Shown one piece after another: positions 17,546 to 26,815 of a stretch of DNA of 64,000 nt. Each line of letters starts with the position of its first letter. The first letter of the stretch is position 1. The DNA lies in contig MOEI01000012.1 in assembly GCA_001889965.1 (NCBI GenBank), positions 1,170-65,169 of the forward strand, written 5' to 3'. Origin of the DNA: a bacterium CG10_46_32 (GTDB lineage Bacteria; Patescibacteriota; Patescibacteriia; UBA2169). The position numbers were made by a program, and so were the translations under genes. The notes under the pieces are model-generated. The model was not told where the DNA came from. It worked only from the letters and a program-made list of their open reading frames with translations, and did not search any database.

Positions 17546-20500
17546 TTAATAAACAAAACTTCTTAAAATATTCCAATCCAACGTAGAACATGGGAGCTTG
17601 CCGTAGATCTCAATAAATCGCTCTATCCCTTGTCGCTCGGCATCTAGATCCCGCTTATCCGGCCGCAGACCGTAGGCAACCGTTATAATAGATTTCTCAT
17701 CATTCATACCCACATCTTTTGCTTTTCGCTCGGCGGCACCGCTTCGCTGAATTGGCGCTTGGTTGGTTGCAATTCGAATCACGTCATTCCAGTCTTCGCT
17801 TGTTGTGGGGAGGATGCCAAATGCCGCTTTATAGGAATACAGTACTCCGGCGCGCTCTCCGGTTCCAAGTTTTTGCGTGCTCTTGGTGCCATATGTGATA
17901 AAGTTGATGCCTGCCTGGTTCAAGCGAAGTGATCGGCCGTATTTTTGAGCTGTTTCCTGCTCCGAAAAAAAATTCCGTTCCAAACTAAGATAATCCAATA
18001 ACGTTTCAATATCACCATCGTGGAGAGCAGCCAGAATATCATCTTGCGTATACTGCTCGCTCTGTGCACGCTCTATTTTTACGCCAAGCACTTCCGGAGT
18101 TGAGGCAGATCCTGAATCAAGTCCAGGATGACGATTTGGCTCTTGAGTATTCTCATCTTGCGATTTGCCGGCAGGCGCGGCAGGTGTCGGCACAATAATG
18201 ACAGCCGGAGAATAAACATTGATCGTTTGAGTGTGGTAATCTTCCAGATTCCCTACTCTGTCCTTTGACCGGTACAGTACTGTATTATCGCCTATAGTGG
18301 TAAGTATAACCTGATTTTCGTAAGCGTGCCACGTGCTCCCGTTATCAAGACTATATTCTGTTTTTAAAACTCCAGAATTATCATCACTTGCCAAAAGCTC
18401 AAACGCGGCGGAAGACGCTCCACCAGAAACACTGATAGTAGTGGTTGGTTTTGTTATGTCCCCAGCCTGTGTACTGTTGAGGACCGCTGCCGCAGTAACC
18501 GGCGCAAAACTTCCCGTACCATTCGTATCCACCTGTAACGTGGTTCCACTAACGTCCGATGACAACGCTACCTGTGCACTGGTTGATTGATTCACTGGAA
18601 CATCAGTGTAATACGCAGTTTCGATGACCTGGTTGTTCACAACCTTGGAAACATACAGGCTGAATGTACCACTTCCGGTGCCGTCATGTTGAATATTGTA
18701 AGATGTAGAATCCGTGTTCGGTATAAAGATAAATTTATTATCTCCAATCTGCTCATAGGTTGCGCCTGGGATATTCAATTCAATATCTCCATTTTCGTCT
18801 GGACCGACATGGTTGCCGTTTGCATCATACACGTTTAAATTGACCGGACTGTGCACAGATACGACCTGACCGTTGAATACACACTGGCTGATGTCTTGAG
18901 AAATATCCGGCAATGACGAAGTGTCTAGCGTGCCGGTGATGATCTCTGTAATTAACTGCTTAATACTTGACTGGCTCGGCATGGTTGCGTGTTCAACGCC
19001 AATTGCATAAAATGTTTTGTTTGCCTGTATATCAATAGCAGTCGCGCTATCCAACGGAACTGTTCCGTCGCCTGCTACAAACTCAACACCATATTCTACT
19101 TTAACAAGTTCCTGGTTCCGGATGATAATTTTGCCGAGAGTTGCAGTGTCGCACCCCACAATATTATAGGCATCCATTCCAGTAGTATTAAAATCGTCCA
19201 AAGCATTGCTATGAAGATCATCTGCGCTCTGAACAAGAGAAAAGTTTAAGCCCTGGTTGACCAGATAATTATTTACCTCGTCATAAGTGTGGCTTTTTGG
19301 AATAGCTAGATTATAAAAGTATTTTCCGATTTCAGATATATATAGACTACTAGGCAACAACTGGTAAACTGACGCCATATTCTTTGTGATGCTTTTTATT
19401 TCAAGTTGGTTCATTATTAGACCCATACCCAAATTATCACCATACAGTAATACCTTTGCTGATTTAGGTGACCCTAAATGTGGCGTACCGACAAAGATCA
19501 TTTTATTAACTCTCGACGAAGAATTATCAAGAATATATTGTTTCAAAACTAGACCACCCATACTATGGGCGACAATATCGACTTTCTGACTACCCGTCTG
19601 TTGTATAACACTATCAATCTTATCGACTAAAAATTGACTTATTGATTGAATATTCAAACGCCAATCATAAGGGAATAAAAATAAATCAGTATTCTCCTGA
19701 TACCCAGCAGACTCAAAATCATTAATCAAACCATCCAAGTAATCAAAAATAGTACCACCAAAAATTGATGCTTTCCTAAAAATATCATCAACATAAACAG
19801 AATTATCGCTTGGAGACCCATCTTCATTCATAGACAAAGGATCCATATAGGATTCGGCGACCGAAATTGCCGTCCAAAGAAAATTTGGCCATAAAGTAAT
19901 ATCTCCTAAACCACCAAAAACTTCCTGCTTCAAAATCGTCCCGGCTATCCCCGGCACCAGAATAACAGGTACATTACGCACCTCAAACATTAACTCCCCA
20001 GACGATGGCAAGCGGACAGCAGACAACCCATCCGAAGTCTCAAAGTGGTAGGAATAGGAACCCTTAGGGAACACGCCGGCATTTGGAGTAAACTCAAACA
20101 GGCCATTGGACGACGTTGCCATAGGATACGCGCTATTGCCAACCACCAAGCGAACATACTGCGCAGAATCGCCATCAGAATCAGTAAATAAAATGCGGAA
20201 CACCGGAACATCCTGCCCTACAAAACTAATATCAGGCGATGCGCCATCAGCAGTATACCCATCCAAATCTTGGTACGATAAAACCGGCGCTTGGTTGGCG
20301 GGATCTTGGTTTGTCCAGGGGCTATAGGTTACATTCCCCACAATCACATCCCCGGTTCCAGAAGGATTGGACGCAATGGTCGGGCCGGAAGAACTGCCCC
20401 ACCAATTGTTCGTCATATCCAACGGGTCGTCGCCGGAGTAGAAAACCGCACTTTCTGAATTATCGTAAAAACTGGAACCTACAATAGACACGTGCGCTGG

Positions 20501-21259
20501 CACTACCGCGCCGCCGACGGCCAGCATGCCAATTTTATTGCCATAGAACAGCGTATCAACTACCGTCGTAAATGCGTCATTCTGTAATCGAAAGCCGGTT
20601 TGGGCGTTATCCCGAACCACAGAGTCCGCGATTGAAATAGTACTGCCAGTTGTGATGTTTTTGATACCCTCCCACACACTCTGTTCAATCACTGAGTGGT
20701 TCAGCGTAACTTCGCCGCCGGTTACCAACAGCATGGGCCAATTTGACTTGCCTCCATACCGGATAATGACATACTCTGCGTCCAACCTACCACTGACTGA
20801 CATCCGAAACCAATCCCCAGGAGAAGGCAGGGTCTCATTGCCGTCACTATTAGTATCTCCGCCGTACTCGTCGTCTTTTATGGAAGTGAACACCACTGGA
20901 GCAGATTCAATTCCGGCAATAATGAGCGTGCCGTCAATAAAAATCTGGAACTGCAATCCGGTCGGCATCTTGATAACTACCCCGGGTTCAATAGTAACCG
21001 TTGTATTAGCTGCCACTTTGATGGTTGTTGTCTGCGCGATATAGGGGCTGTTTGCGGCAGTGAGCGTGTATCCGTCTGGAAACGTATTATTCGGAAACGC
21101 AAGCGTGGTAGCTGCATGCGCGGGCGCAACCCACGCCAACGCGCACACAAAAAACACAGCAACAAAAATAATACTGTGCTGGATTGGTTTGATGATGTCT
21201 ATACTATGTCCCTCCATAATATAGTTACTGTACGCCCATGCTCCTAAAAAATCAAACAA
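17546..21259 (-). CDS. Large secreted multidomain protein: signal peptide, right-handed parallel beta-helix, LipA-type alpha/beta-hydrolase lipase, Ig-like region, tandem C-terminal repeat module
   Basis: Signal peptide with AHA-ATT cleavage site; PbH1-type repeats ending in the DMTNNWWG motif. PVILVPGIAGT ... VDIVAHSMGGLVLKQYI closely matches Bacillus LipA (AHSMGG nucleophile elbow). The C-terminal ~140 aa are two-plus-one ~50-aa repeats ending LDWNILRSFVY. Confidence 0.8.
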   Translation of the reverse strand: MFDFLGAWAYSNYIMEGHSIDIIKPIQHSIIFVAVFFVCALAWVAPAHAATTLAFPNNTFPDGYTLTAANSPYIAQTTTIKVAANTTVTIEPGVVIKMPTGLQFQIFIDGTLIIAGIESAPVVFTSIKDDEYGGDTNSDGNETLPSPGDWFRMSVSGRLDAEYVIIRYGGKSNWPMLLVTGGEVTLNHSVIEQSVWEGIKNITTGSTISIADSVVRDNAQTGFRLQNDAFTTVVDTLFYGNKIGMLAVGGAVVPAHVSIVGSSFYDNSESAVFYSGDDPLDMTNNWWGSSSGPTIASNPSGTGDVIVGNVTYSPWTNQDPANQAPVLSYQDLDGYTADGASPDISFVGQDVPVFRILFTDSDGDSAQYVRLVVGNSAYPMATSSNGLFEFTPNAGVFPKGSYSYHFETSDGLSAVRLPSSGELMFEVRNVPVILVPGIAGTILKQEVFGGLGDITLWPNFLWTAISVAESYMDPLSMNEDGSPSDNSVYVDDIFRKASIFGGTIFDYLDGLINDFESAGYQENTDLFLFPYDWRLNIQSISQFLVDKIDSVIQQTGSQKVDIVAHSMGGLVLKQYILDNSSSRVNKMIFVGTPHLGSPKSAKVLLYGDNLGMGLIMNQLEIKSITKNMASVYQLLPSSLYISEIGKYFYNLAIPKSHTYDEVNNYLVNQGLNFSLVQSADDLHSNALDDFNTTGMDAYNIVGCDTATLGKIIIRNQELVKVEYGVEFVAGDGTVPLDSATAIDIQANKTFYAIGVEHATMPSQSSIKQLITEIITGTLDTSSLPDISQDISQCVFNGQVVSVHSPVNLNVYDANGNHVGPDENGDIELNIPGATYEQIGDNKFIFIPNTDSTSYNIQHDGTGSGTFSLYVSKVVNNQVIETAYYTDVPVNQSTSAQVALSSDVSGTTLQVDTNGTGSFAPVTAAAVLNSTQAGDITKPTTTISVSGGASSAAFELLASDDNSGVLKTEYSLDNGSTWHAYENQVILTTIGDNTVLYRSKDRVGNLEDYHTQTINVYSPAVIIVPTPAAPAGKSQDENTQEPNRHPGLDSGSASTPEVLGVKIERAQSEQYTQDDILAALHDGDIETLLDYLSLERNFFSEQETAQKYGRSLRLNQAGINFITYGTKSTQKLGTGERAGVLYSYKAAFGILPTTSEDWNDVIRIATNQAPIQRSGAAERKAKDVGMNDEKSIITVAYGLRPDKRDLDAERQGIERFIEIYGKLPCSTLDWNILRSFVY

Positions 21260-21296
21260 AAAAACACCCCCGGCCGTTATGTGACGACCGGGGGAT
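21257..21296 (-). terminator. Intrinsic terminator after 21338-22150 (minus)
   Basis: cacccccggccg...cgaccggggg hairpin with adjacent A-run (U-run on the minus-strand transcript). Confidence 0.45.
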
Positions 21297-21337
21297 AAAA
21301 GTCATCGAGACCTTTCCTCCTTGTTGTGCGCTATGCA

Positions 21338-22150
21338 CTACCCCTCTGCATCCTCGCTTGATGCAACTCCAGACCACAGTACCAATTCATCTTCGACAAG
21401 CTGGCCGTAGTAGGGCTGGTGTGGCATATCCGGCACTACACTGAACAAGTAGCTACCCTCGCTACCGGAAACCGTCACGCAACCCCACATATCAGGACCA
21501 GGCGTGGCATCGTGAAAGATGATGTCCATCGGATCCACGTGTTCCTGCTCTATGATGGCAAGGACAATGGGTATACTGTCCTCCCACTGGTACCTGTTGC
21601 CAGCTGCAACCTTAGCAAACAAGCACGTGCCGTGATCCAGGAATGTATAGAGTGCAAAACTACAGTCATCATGCAAGTTGGAAGATGCGGGATCTTGATA
21701 CGCAACCTCACGAAACTCAATTGGCCGAGTAGAACCCTTGGAAACTTTGAGCTCCTCTTGTGCGCTGATCTTTTTGAGTAATCCCGCGAATGCCTCCTGA
21801 ATACGCAAGCTACACCGTTCCCACGTGAATCCAGAAACCACGAACGGCGTTTCTTCGTCCACATCGCAGTACACAGTGAGCATGCGGTACCACGATTCAT
21901 CTGGCGTGATTGTTTCGTGCACACGCCGCGTGCATAGTTCAAAAAACACCGTCTCGGAAACATCGAGCCCCTCAACTTGAGCGAGATTTTCCACCACAAT
22001 GGTGGGGTCGTATGAATTCTCCATCCAGCACTCAAGCACATACACACACTCGCCTCCCTGTGCAACATACCAACCGCTGCCCATTACTTCAACACAATAG
22101 TCAGGGCTTTCTGCGGCAAGTATCGTAAAATACTTTGGCCAGCCTTCCAT
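21338..22150 (-). CDS. Hypothetical acidic cytoplasmic protein (270 aa), GC-rich
   Basis: Long ORF with distinctly higher GC than its neighbours; no recognised motif. Confidence 0.5.
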   Translation of the reverse strand: MEGWPKYFTILAAESPDYCVEVMGSGWYVAQGGECVYVLECWMENSYDPTIVVENLAQVEGLDVSETVFFELCTRRVHETITPDESWYRMLTVYCDVDEETPFVVSGFTWERCSLRIQEAFAGLLKKISAQEELKVSKGSTRPIEFREVAYQDPASSNLHDDCSFALYTFLDHGTCLFAKVAAGNRYQWEDSIPIVLAIIEQEHVDPMDIIFHDATPGPDMWGCVTVSGSEGSYLFSVVPDMPHQPYYGQLVEDELVLWSGVASSEDAEG

Positions 22151-22311
22151 AGCAACCCTCCTTAGTAATGGCGGTGGCAGTGCTATTAAAATAAAGGTAC
22201 TACTAGTACTATACGCTTTCCGCTCTAGGACGCAATTCCAAGTTACCCACTGCTTGGATTGACACCATCCCCCAATAGCAGTATGCTAACTCCTTACTAA
22301 AAAATAAACGC

Positions 22312-23445
22312 ATGCCCATCGACACTATCCAGCAGATCGTTAAAACGATTCAAGCGAAAAAACATATTTTAGTCACCACCAGAGCGAACCCAAGCGGCGA
22401 TGCCGTTGCCAGTGCTCTGGCTTTTTGTTTAATCGCAAAACGCATGGGAAAACGCGTGTCCATTGCAATTGATTGCCAAGAATTTGGCCTGCCCGGACAT
22501 CTGCATTTTTTACCGGGGTACGATTCCATAGAAACAATGCTTGCAAAACAATCCGAGATGGTTCTTGAGTTTGATTTGAACCACGATTCCATCCGCGGAC
22601 TAACCTACGAGGTGCGGAATAACAAACTCATGATTCGCATCTTTCCAACTCAAACAGGCATCACCTTAAGCGCGCCGCGCGCGCGCGAAGCACACTACCC
22701 GTACGATTTAATAGCAGTGGTTGATGCGTGTGATTTGGAATCTTTGGGAAGCATATACGAAGAGCACACGGAATTCTTTTACCATACCCCAATCATCAAC
22801 ATCGACCACCAACCCGAAAACGAATACTTTGGAGAACTTAACTTGGTTGAGATGACCGCAGTAGCCACCACGGAAATTTTGTTCTCGCTTGCGGAAAAGC
22901 TTGCATCCAATCCTTTGGATGCGCCGCTTGCCACGTGCTTACTTGCGGGAATCATCCACGAGAGCCGGAGCTTCCAAACTCAAAACATTACCCCACACAC
23001 CTTGGCGATTGCGAGCGAGCTTATGACCATGGGCGCGGACCGATCGCAAATCATCCAAAATCTTTTTTACAACAAACCAATATCCGCGCTCCAATTGTGG
23101 GGCCGTTTGCTTGCGAACATGGAAACAAGCGACAAACCAAGCATGGCATGGGCAGTGGTTACGCAGGAAGATTTTGAGCACACACATACCAATGAACATG
23201 ATTTGGTAAGCCTGCTTGATGACTTGCTCCAGCACGCACCCCAAACTGACGTGGTTGCCATTCTCTACCCGAGCCAAGATGCGTGGAAAGCTATTGTGCA
23301 CACGCACAAACCATCTATTGACCTGCGACACGCATTAGGAAGACTAGAACCTTCCGGAAGCAGGAAACTGGTAACACTGGAACTTATGGTCCGATCCGCA
23401 CATGAGGCCACTGAAATCATCAAACAATCTCTGTTGCAAAATTGA
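22312..23445 (+). CDS. DHH-family phosphoesterase (second NrnA-like paralogue)
   Basis: DHH-family layout (…NPSGDAVAS…, DHQPEN); C-terminal DHHA1-like region. Confidence 0.55.
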   Translation: MPIDTIQQIVKTIQAKKHILVTTRANPSGDAVASALAFCLIAKRMGKRVSIAIDCQEFGLPGHLHFLPGYDSIETMLAKQSEMVLEFDLNHDSIRGLTYEVRNNKLMIRIFPTQTGITLSAPRAREAHYPYDLIAVVDACDLESLGSIYEEHTEFFYHTPIINIDHQPENEYFGELNLVEMTAVATTEILFSLAEKLASNPLDAPLATCLLAGIIHESRSFQTQNITPHTLAIASELMTMGADRSQIIQNLFYNKPISALQLWGRLLANMETSDKPSMAWAVVTQEDFEHTHTNEHDLVSLLDDLLQHAPQTDVVAILYPSQDAWKAIVHTHKPSIDLRHALGRLEPSGSRKLVTLELMVRSAHEATEIIKQSLLQN

Positions 23446-23476
23446 TTTTTGAGCATAAGTGCGCTATGGTTTGATT

Positions 23477-23552
23477 GGGCCCGTAGCTCAGGGGTTAGAG
23501 CACCACTCTTATAAGGTGGCCGTCGGTGGTTCGATTCCACCCGGGCCTACCA
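23477..23552 (+). tRNA. tRNA-Ile (anticodon UAU), 76 nt with encoded CCA
   Basis: Cloverleaf: acceptor gggcccg/cgggcct, D-arm gctc/gagc, anticodon stem ccact/ggtgg with loop cttataa (U33, UAU, A37), T-arm ggtgg-ttcgatt-ccacc. Confidence 0.7.
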
Positions 23553-23672
23553 CGTCTTAGTCGGATTACAGTCTCCGTATCCGAGCAAAGCTCGGCTACT
23601 CCGGCTTCCATCCGCCTACTCCTTTCAGATTTTCTGTTAACTGAGCAATAGCTCAGCCCAACAGAAAATCTG
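23553..23672 (-). repeat. tRNA-abutting structured element, copy C (minus orientation)
   Basis: Reverse complement aligns with 50161-50300 and 53405-53549 (agattttct-hairpin-agaaaatct; AGGAGTAGGCGGATGGA; ccgagc-tttg-ctcgg; GATACG; CCGACTAAGACG). Its 3' end abuts the 3' end of tRNA-Ile with 0 nt between. Confidence 0.5.
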
Positions 23673-23703
23673 TGAACGGCCCAAGAAAAAATCTAAAAAA
23701 TAC

Positions 23704-23732
23704 AAAGGCCAGTCATACACTGGCTTTTATGA
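23704..23732 (+). terminator. Intrinsic terminator
   Basis: aaaggccagtcatacactggcttttat. Confidence 0.5.
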
Positions 23733-23750
23733 TATACTAAACAAAAAGGT

Positions 23751-25250
23751 ATGAACCCTCAATTCCCAAAACTCACAGCTTTTCCAGCGCTTGCGTCTTT
23801 GGTTGAGGAATTCCCCAAAACCGAAGTATTTTTGGTTGGTGGCGCGGTTCGAGACACTTTGCTCGGCAAAAAAATCACTGATATCGACCTTTTGGTCAGA
23901 AACATTACCGGCGATGAGCTCGGGGATTTTTTGGCTCGCGTAGGAAGGGTGGTGTTCGCGGGAAAGCAATTCGGCGTGTGGAAGTTTAACGAAATAGGCC
24001 GCCCGCGCGAAGAAGTATATGACATTGCATTGCCGCGTACTGAATTTTCCATGCACAAGCAAGGCATCTACAAGGACTTTAAAGTGCGCACCAACCCGAG
24101 GCTACCTATTGAAGAGGATTTAAGCCGCCGCGACTTTACCATAAATGCCATGGCCTACAATTTGGTGGAAGAAAAACTGATTGATCCGCACCAAGGCCAG
24201 GAAGATTTAAAAAATAAACTAATCCGGACCGTAGGTTCGTCCAAGGAACGATTCCAGGAAGATTACTCCCGCATACTGCGCGCCATTCGATTCTCGGTTC
24301 AACTTGGGTTTGCTATTGAAAAACAAACCCTTGCAACTGCAACGCAGATGATGCCGCAGATCAACAACTCCATCGATGGAAAGCGCGTACTCCCCCATGA
24401 GGTGATCGCGGAAGAGTTTTTAAAATCCCTTGCAGCAAATCCGGCAAAAGCAATAATGCTCTGGGACAAAACCCACGCACTTAGAGAAACACTGCCCGAG
24501 ATTTTGGAAACAAAAGGCTGTGTGCAGCCCGATAACTGGCACACCGAAGGTGATGTATGGACACACACATTGATTGCGCTTTCCAAGCTTTCGAGTGAGG
24601 AGTTTAAAAAAGAGTTTAACAATGAAAAGCCGGACTTAGAACTGGTGCTTGCTGTTTTATTTCATGATGTTGGAAAGCCCTACACCATAAAGACTCCAGA
24701 AAAAGACGGGGCTGATAGAATACGGTTCGACGGACACGATGAAGTTGGCGCCAAAGTCACCAAAGAAGCGCTGGATCGGATACGCATCTCAGCTCCTCCG
24801 GGAGTAGGTGTTTCTGCGGATCACGTGGCATGGATGATCAGCCACCATATGCTCCTGGTGCATGGCAAGCCAGAAACATTGCGAGCAGACACCATTGAAA
24901 AATATTTTTTTAGCCATCGGTGGCCTTCGCGGAACTTTTTAAAACTCTTGTACGTGGATGGGATTGCAACCATTGGGCACGATGGCAATGGCATGACTAA
25001 TTTGTATGATACGCTCAAAGAGCGCATCACTGAGATAAAAAAGAAAACCGGAAGCCATGGCACAAAACTTGTTAAGCCACTGCTTACGGGCAAAGACGTA
25101 ATGGACACGCTCCACAGGGAACCAGGCCCTACCATAGGAACTATTCTACAAGAAATTCGCGCCAAGCAGCTTTCTGGAGACCTCACCTCTAAAGCTGATG
25201 CATTGGAGTACTTAAAAAACGTATCGCAACAAACAACGCCTAGAACTTGA
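23751..25250 (+). CDS. cca: CCA-adding tRNA nucleotidyltransferase with C-terminal HD domain
   Basis: Pol-beta-type head (LVGGAVRDTLLGKKITDIDLLV), tRNA-NT body, HD motif (LFHDVGK); 499 aa. Confidence 0.85.
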   Translation: MNPQFPKLTAFPALASLVEEFPKTEVFLVGGAVRDTLLGKKITDIDLLVRNITGDELGDFLARVGRVVFAGKQFGVWKFNEIGRPREEVYDIALPRTEFSMHKQGIYKDFKVRTNPRLPIEEDLSRRDFTINAMAYNLVEEKLIDPHQGQEDLKNKLIRTVGSSKERFQEDYSRILRAIRFSVQLGFAIEKQTLATATQMMPQINNSIDGKRVLPHEVIAEEFLKSLAANPAKAIMLWDKTHALRETLPEILETKGCVQPDNWHTEGDVWTHTLIALSKLSSEEFKKEFNNEKPDLELVLAVLFHDVGKPYTIKTPEKDGADRIRFDGHDEVGAKVTKEALDRIRISAPPGVGVSADHVAWMISHHMLLVHGKPETLRADTIEKYFFSHRWPSRNFLKLLYVDGIATIGHDGNGMTNLYDTLKERITEIKKKTGSHGTKLVKPLLTGKDVMDTLHREPGPTIGTILQEIRAKQLSGDLTSKADALEYLKNVSQQTTPRT

Positions 25251-25284
25251 TTTGATGCGTGTTCTCCTGTATAACACATAGATT

Positions 25285-26196
25285 ATGAAACTTATTGTTG
25301 AATCAACTGACACGCTCGACCGCTTGGACAAATTTCTTTCGGCAAAACTCCCAGAGAGCACGCGCTCGTTTATCCAAAAGCAGATTAAAAGCGGCAGTGT
25401 AACTATAAACGGAGAGCCAGCAAGCCCCAACCAAAAGCCCAAAGCTGGCGATGTTATTGAAATTGAAAAACTAAAAGCCCTAGAGCCAGATATCTCACCT
25501 AACGCAGCTGTAACATTTACTGTGATTGATGAGACTCCGGAATATATGGTAATAGAAAAGCCCGCTGGATTAGTAGTGCACCCAGCACTTGGCATTCATG
25601 AACCCACCTTAGTAAATGGATTACTTGCCAAGTATCCGAAGCTTGTAGGAGTGGGCGAAGATCCATTGCGTCCGGGTATTGTGCATAGGCTTGATAGAGA
25701 TGTCTCGGGCTTGATGGTAATCGCGCGCGCACAAAAAATGTTTGAACACTTAAAACAGCAGTTCAAAGAACGCATCATGAGTAAAGGGTACATTGCCTTG
25801 GTGCATGGAGTGATTCATGAGGAAAATGGAGTCATTGATACCCCGATTGGACGCTCGCAAACAAAGACTGGTAAAATGGCCGCACACACGCAGATGCAAG
25901 AAGGTGACAGGGATGCAAAAACCGAGTACACTGTGGAAAAGCGCTTCACCCACAACACGCTGCTTTCCGTAAAAATCCACACTGGCCGCAGCCATCAAAT
26001 CCGTGTGCACCTTAATTCAATCGAACATCCCATTGTTGGGGATAGGCTCTACACCAACAAGCGCGTTAAACACAAGGATCTGGGCCGCATTTTTCTGCAC
26101 GCAGCGCAACTCGCATTTGAGGATTTAAACGGCGAACAACGCGAGTACGAATCCAAACTTCCAAAAGAACTTAATGACTTTGTATCATCACTATGA
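25285..26196 (+). CDS. rluD: RluA-family pseudouridine synthase (RluD-like, S4 N-terminal domain)
   Basis: S4 RNA-binding domain, catalytic HRLDRDVSGLMVIAR, C-terminal HQIRVHL. Confidence 0.85.
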   Translation: MKLIVESTDTLDRLDKFLSAKLPESTRSFIQKQIKSGSVTINGEPASPNQKPKAGDVIEIEKLKALEPDISPNAAVTFTVIDETPEYMVIEKPAGLVVHPALGIHEPTLVNGLLAKYPKLVGVGEDPLRPGIVHRLDRDVSGLMVIARAQKMFEHLKQQFKERIMSKGYIALVHGVIHEENGVIDTPIGRSQTKTGKMAAHTQMQEGDRDAKTEYTVEKRFTHNTLLSVKIHTGRSHQIRVHLNSIEHPIVGDRLYTNKRVKHKDLGRIFLHAAQLAFEDLNGEQREYESKLPKELNDFVSSL

Positions 26197-26777
26197 ACCA
26201 TACAACAAACTTGGTTATTATCTCCGGCCCATCGGGAGGCGGTGAAGACAGTGTTATTGAAAGCCTGATAAAACGAGGCTTGCCCATTGAGCGTGTCGTG
26301 ACCACGGTTGACCGGCCCATGCGGCCTGGAGAATCAGAAGGCCACCCCTACTATTTTAAATCCAGAAAAGAAATAGACAGCATGATTGCAAACGATGAAT
26401 TTGCAGAACGGGCCGAAGTGTACGGCTCTAAACGCGGCGCAACCAAAAAAGAATTGGAACGCGTAATGGCGCTTAAAAACAAAATTGGAATCTGGAAAAT
26501 GGATTGGAAAGGTTCACAAACCGCCAAAAAAGAATACCCAGACGCGCTTGCCATTTTCATCACTGCCGAAAATATCGACAAACTCATTGAGCGCCTCAAA
26601 AAACGCGGAGATGCACCAGAGTATATCCAATCCCGCATTGAGTACACCAAGGAGTACTACGACAATAAGGGTATTTACGACTACGAAGTGATCAACGAGG
26701 AAGGCAAACTCGAACAAACCGTGGATAAAGTGATTGCTATCCTTAAAAAAGAAAGCTATCTTGACAATAACATCTGA
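26193..26777 (+). CDS. Guanylate kinase homologue with degenerate P-loop
   Basis: Aligns with Gmk along its length (GPSG..., TT.DRPMRPGE, HPYYF, AEVYG), but the Walker A reads GPSGGGEDS (Lys->Glu, Ser/Thr->Asp). Confidence 0.6.
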   Translation: MNHTTNLVIISGPSGGGEDSVIESLIKRGLPIERVVTTVDRPMRPGESEGHPYYFKSRKEIDSMIANDEFAERAEVYGSKRGATKKELERVMALKNKIGIWKMDWKGSQTAKKEYPDALAIFITAENIDKLIERLKKRGDAPEYIQSRIEYTKEYYDNKGIYDYEVINEEGKLEQTVDKVIAILKKESYLDNNI

Positions 26778-26815
26778 TTCAGTTAGTATCTACCTATTAT
26801 CTATACTATGTAACT

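Noticed and set aside
16611-21259. LPxST in the C-terminal repeats (YGRLPDSTLDW etc.) as a sortase LPxTG sorting signal
   Set aside because: It is not followed by a hydrophobic TM segment and positively charged tail, and it also occurs in ORFs lacking a signal peptide. Similarity to LPxTG is considered coincidental.
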